Below are positions 37,082-50,501 of a stretch of DNA of 64,000 nt, piece by piece; the first letter of the stretch is position 1; every line of letters begins with the position of its first letter. Location: positions 133,362,001 through 133,426,000 of the forward strand of contig NC_043000.1 in the NCBI RefSeq assembly GCF_006345805.1, in the 5' to 3' direction. The position numbers were made by a program, and so were the translations under genes. The stretch is from Octopus sinensis (lineage: Eukaryota). Under the pieces are notes generated by a model that did not search any database, was not told where the DNA came from, and saw nothing but the letters and a program-made list of their open reading frames with translations.

Positions 37082-37373
37082 ATACACATATGAGAGAGAA
37101 TCTACTAAAGTGGACGCCCTTATGCTAGAGAGAGATCCGCATGAGTCTCAACCACTAAAAATTGTTCTCAAGAAAAACTTAGCACACTATGAACATAAGC
37201 AAGCAGGACAATCTATATTTTGTTTATTTTTGTTATTTTTCATTTGTCCTGCTCGTTTACGTTCATAGTGTGCTAAGTTTTTCTTGAGAACAATTTTTAG
37301 TGGTTGAGACTCATGCGGATCTCTCTCTAGCGTAAGGGCATCCACTTTAGTGGATTCTCTCTCATATGTGTAT
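37082..37373. repeat. Inverted repeat, 130-bp arms, 32-nt spacer
   Basis: 37082-37211 versus 37244-37373, 6 mismatches; adjacent to a TA-flanked AT-rich block. Confidence 0.9.
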
Positions 37374-37379
37374 ATATAA

Positions 37380-38060
37380 ATATATATTTATAAAGTAATT
37401 CTTAAAATTTAATTGCAAAAACAAATACATTGCTACAATTAATTCAGAAAGATGTTGACAGTTGTTGGGAAAACGTTCAGTAAAAGATTTCCAGGGGAAT
37501 AACATTCTGGGAAGTAAGGGATAGGTATAGAGGGTTAGTGTGGCACCTGGTGAGTGGGAGGTGGACACAATATGGGTTTTGAGAAAAGAGAGGAATGTGT
37601 TATGAGTGCTTGAGTGGAGATGGTGTAAGACTAACCAGCACCAAGGAGGAGAAGTCATAGTTGTAGTGGCAGAAAAAGGCAGAGAGGTGAGATGACACAT
37701 CTATGGACTAATGGTTGGTGTGTGTTGGTGCCATTCAGTCAACATTTCTTTGGATTGGTGTAGGACATCCGTATGCTTATATAGCACTAGCATTGTTCCA
37801 AATATGGGAGCAGTAATTTATTGTAAGTCTTTCTTGAACTTTGTAAATGGTTAATAGTTTTTTATGGATGAAGAATTTTCTGGCTTTGAAAAGGAAGGCC
37901 AGTGTTTGTCTTTACTTTGTTGATGTGTGTTTGTCAGGAAAGATCCTCACTGATGGAAATGTTAATAATTTGTAGCAGTGATGAGGATTCTAGTTGCATG
38001 CTATTTAGGGTTGAGATGGAGTGCACAATTGTTTTATTGTTATGATAGGTGCAGATATGT
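37380..38060 (-). mobile_element. L2/CR1-like LINE RT C-terminal remnant
   Basis: Minus-strand LTIYKVQERLTINYCSHIW (cf. LYKAQVRP.MEYCSHIW). Confidence 0.6.
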
Positions 38061-38215
38061 CTGTGTGGTTAAGAAGCTTGCTTTGCAACTATTTGCTTTC
38101 AGGTTCAGTTTCACTATACAGCACTTTAAGCTAGTGTCTTATACTATAGCTACAAGTCGACAAATGTGGTGAAGTTTGGTAAATAGAAACTGCGAAAATA
38201 GTTTGGTAAATAGAA

Positions 38216-38448
38216 AAGGTGGCGAGCTGGCAGAAACGTTAGCACGCCGGGCGAAATGCTTATTGGTATTTCGTCTGCCATTACGTTCTGAGTTCAAATT
38301 CCGCTGAGGTTGACTTTGCCTTTCATCCTTTCGGGGTTGATAAATTAAGTACCAGTTACACACTGGGGTTGATGTAATCGACTTAATCCCTTTGTCTGTC
38401 CTTGTTTGTCCCCTCTATGTTTAGCCCCTTGTGTGCAATAAAGAAATA
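38216..38448 (+). mobile_element. SINE family D (long-tail variant) inserted into an old family E copy
   Basis: Near-identical to 53845-54075; flanked by family E-like sequence from 38054 and to about 38680. Confidence 0.85.
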
Positions 38449-38986
38449 AGAAACTGTGAGAAAGCCTTGTGTGTGTGTGTGTGTGTATGTGTCTTTGTGC
38501 TGTGTTTGTCCTTCATCAGTGCTTGAAACTTGGTATTGGTTTATATCCCCATAGCTTAGTGGTTTAGTAAAAGAGACTAACAGAATAAGCTACCAGTTTT
38601 TAAATGTAAGTAATGTGGTCAATTCATTCGATTAAACTATTCATGGTAATGCCCCAGCATGGCCAAAATCCGATAACTCAAACAAGTTTTCTTAGGTATA
38701 GTGGTCTTGCATTCAGGAAATCCACCTGAAAAATTATCTTGGTATCCATGTCACAGTTGATTGGTTTGTTAAGAATGACAATATCCAACATCGTCTTCCA
38801 TTTTATGGTTGAATGACTGGTTTCAAGAATATGTGATATGCAGGTTCAAATATTTGCTGTTTCATCTTATGTTTCAAGCAATATTATTGTAAACAATGCT
38901 AGCACTTGATACAGGAAATATTTTGTGATAATCATAAATCTTTCATAACTATGCTTTTCAATTAACAGTGCCTTTTTGTTTATAAT

Positions 38987-39502
38987 TACCATAAATCCTT
39001 GAGTATAATCCACATTTTTTTCCCAAAATTTAAAGGTCAAAATCCTTAGTGCGTATTATACATGAGGTTAAAAATGAAAATTATTTTCTAAGCAATTTTC
39101 GAGTCTCTATTTGCTGTCCGGCAATGTTTATTCAGACGCATTTTGTGATGTCGGATGCAAAAATACCTTAAGCTAAGCCTTAAAGCAATGAAATCATAAA
39201 AGAATCATCCATAACTTGCAGTAAGCAACATTTATTAAACGTTATTACTGTTATTTCTTTATTTTCTGCAAACAAAATGCACAAAAATGCTACACGTTGG
39301 CATTATGTTATATATACAATAATAATATAGTACGTTACCGTATACATTTTTACAAACCAAGGATGTTATATAGATCTCCTTGACTCAAGTTAGAGAAGGG
39401 GTGCGTATTATACACAAGGTTTAGGTTTTTCAGAGGTACAGCCCCCTAAAAATCCCCTGCGTATTATACTCAAGGGCGGACTATACTCGAGGATTTACGG
39501 TA
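38987..39502. mobile_element. Tc1/pogo-like non-autonomous DNA element
   Basis: TIRs TACCATAAATCCTTGAGTATAATCC / (rc) TACCGTAAATCCTCGAGTATAGTCC; internal GCGTATTATAC subrepeats. Confidence 0.75.
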
Positions 39503-39673
39503 TACATTTTTCCTCATTCATATGTGTTCTGATTATGAACAGAGGTATGTTATGATTTGTGTTGGTCGCTGTACTGAAACAATTACAGTGTTGAGACCAA
39601 GTCCCTAAAAGGTAGCTTTAAGGAAGCTACTTATACCATGTTGTTAGTAAGTTCTTTGTTTTTATTTTATCAG

Positions 39674-39719
39674 TGATGGAGAATTTAATCGAAACTATGA
39701 CCGCAAATTAACTGTAAAA
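39674..39719 (+). CDS. PDIA5: PDIA5 exon 5 (HDGEFNRNYDRKLTVK)
   Basis: ttatcAG acceptor, donor GTAAGT at 39720; 46 nt, phase 2 to 0. Confidence 0.9.
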
Positions 39720-40039
39720 GTAAGTTTGTTTATTTTATTTAAAGCGAAACAATACAAGAAGACTGTACAAATTACTATTGCTATTGTAACTAAAAAAAAA
39801 TAATGCTGTTTGATTGTTTTAGATTTTCTTGATATTTTGTTGTATAAACGCACATTCTGAAATTAATCCTGAAGGCTTGAATGCATGACAATTTCCTATG
39901 TATTTCTTCTGTATTGGAAAGGTTCTATATTGGGAGAATATTAATTCTGATAAAATTTGGTTTAAATTGTTTCAAATTATTGTAGTCCAGGCAGTTAAGC
40001 ACTTGACTTTATTGCTGTTTGTTTTTGTGCTTCACACTT

Positions 40040-40392
40040 TTGAGTTTTAGCCAATCCTACTGGACTGGCTCCCATGCCGGTGGCACATAAAAAGCACTAT
40101 TTGAGTGTGGTCATTGCCAGTGTTGCTTGACAGGTTCCTGTGCAGGTGGCATGTAAAAAGCATCATTCGAGTGTAATCGATGCCAGCACTACCTGGCTGG
40201 GCCCTGTGCCGGTGGAACATAAAAAACACCCACTACATTCTTGGAGTGGTTAGTGTTAGGAAGGGCATCCAGCTGTAGAAACTTTGCCTGATCAGATTGG
40301 AGCCTGGTGCAGACTCCTGGCTTAGCCCTCAGTCAAACCATCCAACCCATGCCAGCATGGAAATTGGATGTTAAACGATGATGATGATGATC
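40040..40392 (+). mobile_element. RTE 3' UTR copy (family A)
   Basis: Family A core and (GAT)n tail. Confidence 0.85.
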
Positions 40393-40859
40393 CCCTTGGG
40401 GTTGCTTTTTATCTTTCCAAGGTAAATGAATGACAAAAATTTGTTATAACCCCGCCACTTTAAAAAGGGGCCTTATTTTTAGTTTAAAAAATTTCAACAT
40501 CTGCAAAAAATATATGGGCAGGGCTACAATTCTTACAAAGAAAGAATGCAAAATGTTTAGTACAGTGATTAGTTATTCCATAAGGCATGTAGGTTTAGAG
40601 GAGTAGAAATGGTAGGTTACACTTGAACATTCTATGACCCAGCTGTAAATAAGTAGCATAATTAGGTTAGATCACTGCTGCAAGCAGACATGACTGCATG
40701 GTTAAGATGTTTGTTTCACACCACAAGGTTCTGGAGTTGATCCCACTGTCAGATACCTTGAGGGAGTATCTTCATTTATAGCCTCGTGGCATGCAAGCAA
40801 AACACACCTTTTGGTATCTCTGTAGATATTTAATAGTTAAAGCTCATTAAATTTGCATT

Positions 40860-41180
40860 TCATCATCACTATCATCATCATCATCATTATCATTTAATGT
40901 CCATTGTCCATGTGGGCATGGGTTAGATGGTTTGGCTGGGTTGGCATGCTGGAAGGCTGCACCAGACTCATCTCTGATTTGGCATGGTTTTCTACAGCTG
41001 GATGCTCTTCCTAATGCCAACCACTCTGAGAGTGTAATGTGTACTTTTATGTGACACCAGCACAAGTGCTATTTGTGTGACACCAGGGTGCTTTTATGTG
41101 CCATCAGCATGGGTGCCAATTTGTGTGACACCAGTATCTGCCACAACTGCAATTTTGCTCAGCTTGATGAGTCTTCTTCT
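40860..41180 (-). mobile_element. RTE 3' UTR copy (family A)
   Basis: (CAT)n tail and family A core in reverse. Confidence 0.8.
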
Positions 41181-41905
41181 CAGCTGTTTTTGTTTTTTTA
41201 TTTGTGATACTTAAGTGTTTCATAAAAAGACAATACCATGTTTTCCATCCAAACTAGTTGAGTATCAAGGTGCTTAAGCCTTTTTGTTTACTTGTAAACA
41301 TATCCAATAAAAACAACTGCATTAGTGCCAAGCAGTGACTAGGAATAAATGAACTTTAAGTTAGTTAAAATATGTTTGTGGCATATTTCAACTTTTAAAG
41401 GCAAATTCACTGCAGCTACCATGGAGAAAAAATGTTCTCTCTTATGGTAAAAAGTGTGAAATCACCATTTCTGCTTTATAGTATGAAGTACTGGGCAGAT
41501 ATGGTGTTTTACATCTTTTACCATAAGAAAGAATTTTTTCTCTATGATAACTACATAGAATTTGCTTTTAAAAGTTAAAATATTTCACAAATATATTTGA
41601 ACTAACCTAAAGTTTGTTTACATCCAATACAACTTCAGAATTAGCTTTGCAAGTTTTATTATATAAAATAATAATAATAATAATAATGAAATTATTGTAT
41701 ACAGTGCTCAGGTGCACCACAACTTTTCAAAAGTGCATATTATCTTTCTCTGAGTAATTAAACATCAGTGATTTAGTTTCTTGTAAATAAGTATGTTGAA
41801 TCTGGGTATTGCATAGTTGTTTGTGACTTATATTTTACTGCTAACTTTCCTTTTAGTTATTTATTTTTCTTTTATTTAAACCTTTTTTTAAAAATTCCTT
41901 TTCAG

Positions 41906-41998
41906 TCAATGATAAAGTTTCTTCAAGATCCTAAAGGAGATATTCCATGGGATGAAGACCCAGAAGCTGAAAACATCGTCCACGTAGAGAGTGAACAG
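41906..41998 (+). CDS. PDIA5: PDIA5 exon 6 (SMIKFLQDPKGDIPWDEDPEAENIVHVESEQ)
   Basis: ttttcAG acceptor, donor GTTAGA; 93 nt, phase 0 to 0. Confidence 0.93.
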
Positions 41999-44208
41999 GT
42001 TAGATAGAACGTATTAATTACATATGCTGTGTGTAAGGAACATGTCTACTTTTCACTGAACTTTTTTAGGTCATGTTTATTTAGCTTTCTTAGAAATATT
42101 CTACTATTCATTTTCTTTTAAAAGAAATGATTTCCTGCTTATTAGCTTAAAAATGTGACTGATTTTGCAGATAGTTTATGAAGCCAAATTAAAAGAGTTT
42201 CTTTAAATTACAGCTGTCTATTTTTGTTTATGTAAAATCCTGGAGGTAAATAAGATTAATACTCAGTATTCTGAAGTCAGTAAATAGAATATATTAATTA
42301 TCTTAGGGTAGGTGGTCACAAATGTAACTGATTGCATTTGACATGCAGGCAAGTGTTTGACTATATACTTCTATGCATCTATCTGAATCGGTCAGAGTGG
42401 ACCAAGGCTATGTAAAAACATAATAAAGAAAACTAGTGACAATTTTAAGTGGCAAATAGGAATACAAACTGTTCAGAAAAGGAATAAATTGCTTTGCTGT
42501 GCAGAAAAGAGAAAGTCTAACGTTTTTGGTCAGACCCTTGTTTCGAGGGGGCAATAAAATGTTTTCTGATGGTAGTTAATAAATAGATTAGGAATAAGTG
42601 AAAGAGAGATGGAGGTCACAAGATGCGACATATTTTCTCCTCTCTCATTATTAGCTATCTATATATTAATTATCCTCAGAAGATATTATAGTGGGCATGG
42701 TTTATGTAGAGCCAGTCCCACCCTCTTGTCCTTCAAAGCTGTATTGATCTGGTGCAACAAGTGCCAGGAGCTCAGTAGTTACCAAGGCATAGTGGTACAA
42801 TATCTTTTAAATCATACATTGGAGAGTTTAGAGTAGATAATCTGTGTAGAGATCAGCTTGGCACTGACTTGAATGTGGTAACATTGAAACTATGATTTAC
42901 TATAATTTTTCTTTTATTTTTAATATTTTGTTTGCTGATTATTTATTTTATTAATGTAGTAATATTGTGTTATTTATTTATGATTTCGTTTGTTACATTT
43001 TTATAATTTGTGCAAACTTGTTATACGTTGTATACTATATTGTTAGTCACTTGTAAAACAGAATAACTACAGAAAACGTAACTATGGTAAGTTAATTTTC
43101 TGATAATAATTAAAATCCTATTGAAGAGTACGATAAACAATGTAAAGCTAAATCCTGGTGACATAGATAATCTTTAGACATATCATTTAGCACCAGACAT
43201 TAACCACTGTGGGAAAGTTTAGAAGAGAATAAAAAAGATGTCTTTGAAAAATATTAGGAGAGAAAACTCTCCTAGTCTTCTGTTCTGTCACAAGATAAGA
43301 ATTGTTATACTTCTCATAGTATTTTTTGTCTTAGCCAAAAAGAGAGGGAAGCATTTATAATTTTTTTTCAAAATTTCCAAAATTATTGAAGGAAGGGAAG
43401 TGAAAAAAAACTGATTCTCAGATCATAGATCCAGTTGAAATGCTTGTAACAGAATGGGTTCCACTAAAGATATACACAGAAGTGTTAAACTGGGTAATGT
43501 TTTAAGCATACTACCAAACAGTTTCCATCTACCCTGTTTCATTTCCAAATCTTTGCTTGATTTGGGATTATAACAAAAGATAATATCCCAAATTATGGCA
43601 CAGTGAGATTGGACCCAAAACCACAACTTTTTAACTTCATGACCATACTTGCATCTGATTTAATGCTGTGGTTTTATAGATTAAGAAGAGAGATAGTCTT
43701 CTACAAAGTAGTTTACAAGCTAGAACAAGAAGCCAAGTAAAAACTAGAATGATCGTTATTGAAACTCCCTTAAAGCATGACAACCAGCATATTACCAAAA
43801 GACCAGTATCAGAGCATGTCAACAACAAATAACCAGCTTTTGATTGAAAATCTAGCAGTTTGATTAAAGATTACTTTCAAAAGATAGGTTCAATTGTATT
43901 GTCAAAGAATTTTGAAAAGAATCAATGGAGATATTAACTAGAAGAAACAATAAAAAAAAAAAAATGGCTGGGTATTCATAAGTAACTTGGTGATTTAATT
44001 CTGGAGTTAATTCTTCTCTAAACAAGGAGTTAGTTCATACTTAAGATGTATCAAACTACTTTTATTCAATTATATATGCAATTTATTCTCCATTTCCATT
44101 GCTTTGGAATAGTAGTTACCAAATTCTGTTACAAAGTTAGACTTGTATTCTACTTCTGAAACACTGTTATTTCACATTCTGTTGAAAGTTTAAATGTAGT
44201 CCAATGCG

Positions 44209-44210
<2 letters not shown>

Positions 44211-44240
<30 letters not shown>

Positions 44241-44651
44241 TTAGCTTCCGTTTTCCATGCTAGCATGGGTTGGACGGTTCTACTGGGGTCTGTGAAGCCA
44301 GAAGGCTTCATCAGGCCCAGTCAAATCTGGCAGTGTTTCTACGGCTGGATGCCTTCCTAACGCCAACCACTCCGTGAGTGTAGTGGGTGCTTTTTACGTG
44401 CCACCCGCACTGGTGCCAGACAGAGCTGGCAAACGGCCACGAACGGATGGTGCTTTTTATGTGCCACCGGCACGAGGGCCAGGCGAGGCTGGCAACGGAC
44501 ACGAAACGGGGCGGTGCTGGCAACGGTCGCGAAACGGAAAGTTCTCTTACATGCCACCGGCACTGGTAACACATCTGCAATTTCCATTGATCGATTTCCA
44601 TTGATCGATTTCGATTCTGATCCTCACTTGCCTCAAGGGTCTTCACAAGCA
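44211..44651 (-). mobile_element. RTE 3' end (family A), young CpG-rich copy
   Basis: (CAT)n tail, core, subrepeats, ORF stop region GATCCTCACTTGCC..GGGTCTTCACAAGC. Confidence 0.88.
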
Positions 44652-44932
44652 ATATAAAAGAATAATCATCATTTTCTCATATTTGATTTAGGTTAGCTTG
44701 GTCTACAAAGTTATATTTTTCATTATACTCTATATTTAAAAATGCAATCACATCTATATTTAGGTTACAACACTTTTGTTTTTTTTCCTTTTACTGTTTT
44801 GTATTCCTTGTTTCCTCTATTAGCATGAGTTCGCTGGGTTTCTTTAGTTTGTATGCTTGTATAATGTTGAAGCAATGTGCTTCACTTAGGCAAATAAAAT
44901 TCAGCGGAAACTTTGTGAAAGTTCACATATGT

Positions 44933-45300
44933 GCAGGCATGGCTGTGTAGTAAGAAGCTTGCTTCCCAACCACACGGTTCTGGTTCAGCTCCACTGCATG
45001 ACACCTTGGGCAAGGGTCTTCTACTACAGTATCAGGCCAACCAAAGCCTTGTGAGTGGATTCGACAGACGGAAACTGAAAGAATCTCATTGAATGTGTGT
45101 GTGTGTGTGTCCGCCCCCACTGCTTGAAAACTGGTGTTGGTTTGTTTACATCCCTGAAATTTGGCAGTTTGGTAAAAGAGACCAATAAAATAAGTACCAG
45201 ACTTTAAAAAAATACTGGGGTTCATTTGTTTGACTAAAAACTCTTCAAGGCAGTGCCCTAGCATGGCCACAGTCTAATGACTAAAACAAGTAAAAATAAA
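44933..45300 (+). mobile_element. SINE family E
   Basis: GCAGGCATGGCTGTGTAGTAAGAAGCTTGCTTCCCAACC head. Confidence 0.85.
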
Positions 45301-46161
45301 AGACATATTATGTGCTGTCATTAGTTGGACAGGTATAATGCTTTTGTTAATACTTTAAACAGTCAATTAGATTTCAGTGTTTCTTATCAGGGAAGGAAAC
45401 CAGAAAATTATAAAATAATATATTCTCTGTTAAATCAACTTTTCAATGCAAGCCTGAATAGTTTGGTTTTTGTGTGCAAAATTGTTCTATAAATGGGCAC
45501 TTTTTATATCGTTCAACTATGTAAAATTAGTATTTGTGTGTCAGGCAAGGTGAGGTAAGAAGACTTAGGATAGCTACTAACTGTTAAATAGATTGCATTT
45601 ATTTTGTTTTTAACTATCAATTGACAATGAGTTGTGGACTATCTTGAAAAAATCAGCAAAGAAGGTTTTATATTAAAAGAAAAGTAAAGAATCATAAAAT
45701 CAGGTAAAAAGTATATAGTTTAACTTAGGATATATATTTTGTTTTTGGGGAGTCAAAATTATTGAAAAGGTTGCAAGACGCAACGAAAATTTTAGGAAAA
45801 TAAAAATAAGAAATAAGTGGAAATTTTACCGGTGAGTGTGTTACATTATAAGGCACAAAAAGAAAATGACTCTCCCCAGGCACAACAGAATTAAGATATA
45901 TAGTTTAACTTAGGATAATAGCAGGGCTAATTGAAGTATTGAATTATTGGAGTATTGCAGGTGAAAAACAGGTAATACCATTTACCATTTACAGTTTGGT
46001 AGTTGTAATATTTTGGTTAAAATTGCCCATCATCACTTGGAACAAGCATTCATTGAATCTAATTAGCATAGTTTTACAACTTCTATGGGATATCTTTTAA
46101 AACATCTTTCTTAATATCTCTGTATTGGATTAATTAGATACAAGTGTTGCTTTTGTTTCAG

Positions 46162-46222
46162 AAACTTAACAAAATGTTGAAGAAACAAAGGCTGCCAATG
46201 CTGCTTATGTTCTACGCACCTT
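46162..46222 (+). CDS. PDIA5: PDIA5 exon 7 (KLNKMLKKQRLPMLLMFYAP)
   Basis: tttcAG acceptor, donor GTAAGT; 61 nt, ends inside the Trp codon of WCxxC. Confidence 0.92.
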
Positions 46223-47189
46223 GTAAGTAGGGCTTGAGAATAGTTCAACATTTTTGTTACTTCTATGGATGGTTCTTGCATATAAAGAAGAGAACAGAGC
46301 TTTCTAGAAAGATAATAGCAAAACAAGTCATTTCTAAATAAATAAATTTTTCAGTTGTTAATCCCTAAATGGTATTTAAATAATGCTTTAAAGTAATTTT
46401 ATTTTGTTGTTAAAAATTATCAATCATTTTGAAAACATTGGCATTTCTTAGCTCTTTTCTTTCCTTTTATTTCAAAAGTCTATTTTATTTTATGCTATTA
46501 CTAATGCTTTTACTAATCCTCTAGTAATCCAACTATTACTAATCTTTTACTAACGCGATTGTTATCTTTTTACATGATGAAGACATCTGTATCAGTATTT
46601 ATTATAACAATACTATAACATTCACTATCTTTAGATGTTGTTTAGCCCCAGGTTGCTTATGAGCTCAAGCACACCTATAATCAAAGACATTTAGGCTATT
46701 GCCATCCTGTAATTATTTCGAAGAATGATTTATCTTGGACTTTATCAAATACCTTTCTTTTATTGAAAATGACAGTACAGGATATGAAGAAGATTTGGTT
46801 GCTATTTCTAGTAGACCGTATGACTTGCGACTCCCTCAGTATAAATACCAGCAGAATAGTAAGATTAATATAGAGTACTATGTCCGTTCCCATTAATCAC
46901 AATTGGTCTTGTGTCTAACCAAAAGAACCTATTATAAACCTGTTTATTATGTTTCATACTAATTTTTATTTTTGTTGTTTTTTTTAAAATTTTTGTTACC
47001 AGAGTTGGTGTAAAGGTTAAATTGTCCAAGGCTATAATAGTGTATCAAATAAAATTGTTTATGGTGTTTAGTTAACTGTCTAGAGTCTTTAATATCGCCT
47101 GAGCTAACTTTGCTTGTCAACTCTCCAGGTCCAAGGAAAGTAGCACCCTTATGTTACCAGGGCTGGTTATATGAAATATAACTCCTTAC

Positions 47190-47418
47190 TTAACCCTTTA
47201 GCATTCAGATTTCTTTGTGAAATTTATTGCTTTATTTATTCATACTGTTTTGAATTAATCACATATTATTTTGCAACTTCAAAATTTAAATGGTGTGGCT
47301 ATATATTTTTAAAATGACATTGTAGGGTAGGTGTGAGAGGTTGGATCCAGACAGTTTTAACATAAAACAGGTAGAATATTTGAGCTGGATATGGCCAGAT
47401 TAAATGCTAAAGGGTTAA
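47190..47418. mobile_element. piggyBac-like MITE (reverse of 18319 copy)
   Basis: TTAA-CCCTTTAGCATT ... AATGCTAAAGGG-TTAA. Confidence 0.85.
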
Positions 47419-47706
47419 TTAACCTTTTTGCATATTGAAAAGAAGCAATTTTCAAGATAGAAGAAATGAAAATGGTCGACAATCAAAGATTCAAACTAGA
47501 GTGTTTTCTGATCTTTCTGAATGGTATTCTGAATCTGTGATATGGTTTTATACAATAATAAGAGTTAACAAAAACTGTAATAGAAAACATATGCAAACAT
47601 TGTAAGTGGTATAATTAAAAGTATTAAAATTTTCATACGTTCAAATTAAATGTTTATCAGGCACATACATACACACACACATGCACACACATGCATGCAC
47701 ACGCGT

Positions 47707-47744
<38 letters not shown>

Positions 47745-48097
47745 ATATGAACATGGTGAAGCAGAATGAAGCAAGTCGTTTATTGAGTCAATCCTCTCTC
47801 ACTTGCTGAACATGTCAATCACTCTTTGTATTGATGAGTCACTTCTGAACATTTTGCTCAGTAATAAATAATTCTGCGTAACAAACCACATAATCAATGG
47901 TATTGAAACCTAACTCACATTTCTAAAATGGAAATGTGTGCATATAAATTTATATATGTATTAATATTATTTTGTGGTAAATTTGTTTCGTTATTATAAC
48001 TTAACTGAATAGTTATTTTACAATATTATAACAACTTATAATGGACCCTAATTTTCATCCAGTGAACACTCTGTAATACTTTAAATATTTTATGGAA

Positions 48098-48630
48098 CAC
48101 CATCCGAGTGTGGCCGTTTGCCAGCCTCGTCTGGCACATAAAAAACACCATCCGAGCGTGGCCGTTCACCAGCCTCGTCTGGCACCTGTGTCGGTGGCAC
48201 ATAAAAAAACACCATCCGAGCGTGGCCGTTTGCCAGCCTCATCTGGCACCTGTGTCGGTGGCACATAAAAAAACACCATCCGAGCGTGGCCGTTTGCCAG
48301 CCTCGTCTGGCACCTGTGTCGGTGACACATAAAAAAACACCATCCGAGCGTGGCCGTTCGCCAGCCTCGTCTGGCACCTGTGTCGGTGGCACATAAAAAA
48401 ACACCATCCGAGCATGGCCGTTCACTAGCCTCGTCTGGCACCTGTGTCGGTGGCACATAAAAAGCACCCACTACACTCATGGAGTGGTTGGCGTTAGGAA
48501 AGGCATCCAGCTGTAGAAACTCTGCCAGATCTGACTGGCCTGGTGCAGCCTTCGGGCTTCCCAGACCCCAGTTGAACCGTCCAACCCATGCTAGCATGGA
48601 AAGCGGATGTTAAACGATGATGATGATGAT
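48098..48630 (+). mobile_element. RTE 3' UTR copy with 64-bp minisatellite expansion
   Basis: CACCATCCGAG units at 48098 (48 bp), 48146, 48210, 48274, 48338, 48402, then family A core and (GAT)n. Confidence 0.9.
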
Positions 48631-49781
48631 TTCATTAGGCATCAGTATTTACTTTTTTTTTTTCACTTTATTGAGTAGAGCAGTTTGAAAGGAGTGTGAA
48701 TTGCCTCCAGTTTCACTGCTATTAAGTTTTTTTTTTTTTTATTGTAGCTTTAGTATTACTATGATTCTAGTATCTTCTATTGGAATTATCATGCTGTAAA
48801 TTTTATCCTCCCTATTCTCTTGCTCTCTGTCTGCCTCTCTTTCTACTCAACTGCACATACAGTTTCTCTCCTGTAACATTACATTATAATCATTAACTTT
48901 GAATGTTTTCCCATCCTGCCAGCATTTAATCTGCAGAAGTTTAAGCAAAGAATTCACTGCACTAATCCAACCCTTTAATGCTTGATGATATTTCTATTCT
49001 TATAGAGTCTCTTCAGTCAATGAACAGAAACCTTCTAATCTGGTAAGGAAAAGAAAAGAGAAAGAAAAAAATGAATAAAGCTTAAACTTGAATGTTCTTG
49101 TTTAAAAACTATTGTTCAATAATTTCTTCATAAACCAGAGTCAAATATTTCTATTTCACAACTGGTATGTCCAGAGAAATTGATGTATTATTAAATTTCT
49201 ATTTAATGTTATTGATGATTTTTTTTAGAATACTTGTATTTTTATTTTATTTTTGTATTGATACTTTTAACAGGTATTTCTCTATAACAGTTGTCAAATC
49301 AAATTTTTAAAATTTTGTTAACATTTTATGCCTGTCTAGCAACAACGGTATTTTAAATTTACATTGAAAGATTGTCTTTGGAGAAAGATAAATAACAAAA
49401 GTAAATAATAACAATTTGATTCAGTCTGATTAGCTAGTTACTTCAAATATTTATTTAACTGCATCTATCTTGAATTGTCAAGTTTTACTAATATTTATTT
49501 GTCTGACTGACTGGAAAACCAGTGGCAGAAATGGTACAACATCAGACAAATTACTTTGCAATATTTAGTTGTGTTCAAACCTCATTTGAACTGGTTTTGC
49601 TTTTCATCTCTCTGGAATTGGAAAAAAAAAAAAAAAGAATTTAATTCCAGGCCTATACTGGGGTTGATTCTATTTTCCCTGCTGCTTCTTTATAAAGCTG
49701 TGATCTTGTGTCAGTGAGAGAAATCGATATATATTTGAATGGATTTACCTAAAATTTTTATATCTTCTACTTGATTTGTAG

Positions 49782-49849
49782 GGTGTGGTTTTTGTAAAAG
49801 GTTAAAACCAGAATTTTCTGCTGCTGCTACAGAATTGAAAGGAAAAGCA
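49782..49849 (+). CDS. PDIA5: PDIA5 exon 8, first active site (WCGFCKRLKPEFSAAATELKGKA)
   Basis: tgtAG acceptor, donor GTGAGT; 68 nt, phase 1 to 0; CxxC motif. Confidence 0.95.
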
Positions 49850-50031
49850 GTGAGTTGTTTTTTCTTTTTTTTTTTATTTGACTTGAAAGTGTTATTAGAA
49901 CAATTATTTCATGTGTAAACTTAAATATATGAAATTAATAAAATCCAATGTTGTGTTTTATTTGAGACGTCTTTTCTGGCAGTTGCTTGCTTGTCTTGTA
50001 CAGTCTTTCATCAGTATCAAGTAAAATCTTA

Positions 50032-50501
50032 TCTAATCTATAAAATGAAGAAGGCGAACGTTGATACAAATTGGATTTTTATGTAAAAATGGGGCTGGAA
50101 GAGGATTAAAATTTACAGGAGGGGGTAACTTGACGTGAGACGTTTTGGGGTGCTACAGTGGTTGCTTTGGTATGAAAATGGGGATTTTATTGATTTTTGG
50201 CGACACTTGGGGGTCTAGATTGGACACCTTTTGCCCGATTTCAATCAAATTTTCAGCATGGTAAAGTGGAAGCAGATTTGTAATTTAAGCATAGAAATCT
50301 AATTTTTATAAATGGGAGAGAAATAGATAGAGAAAGATAGAGTAAGAGAAAGCAAGGGAGAGTCCGAGAGAAAGGAAGAGTAAGAGAGTGGGAAAGTGAG
50401 AGAGAAAGGAGAGAGAAACAAAGAGGGAGAGTGTGGTGATAAGAAACGGAAAGTAACAACCACACCCTCACCCGCACGTAGAGCGGATCACCTTAAGCTA
50501 G
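50032..50501 (+). mobile_element. Non-autonomous Helitron-like element
   Basis: A|TC-TAATCTATAAAA 5' end; 3' hairpin CCGC-ACGTAGA-GCGG then CTAG|T; no TSD. Confidence 0.65.
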
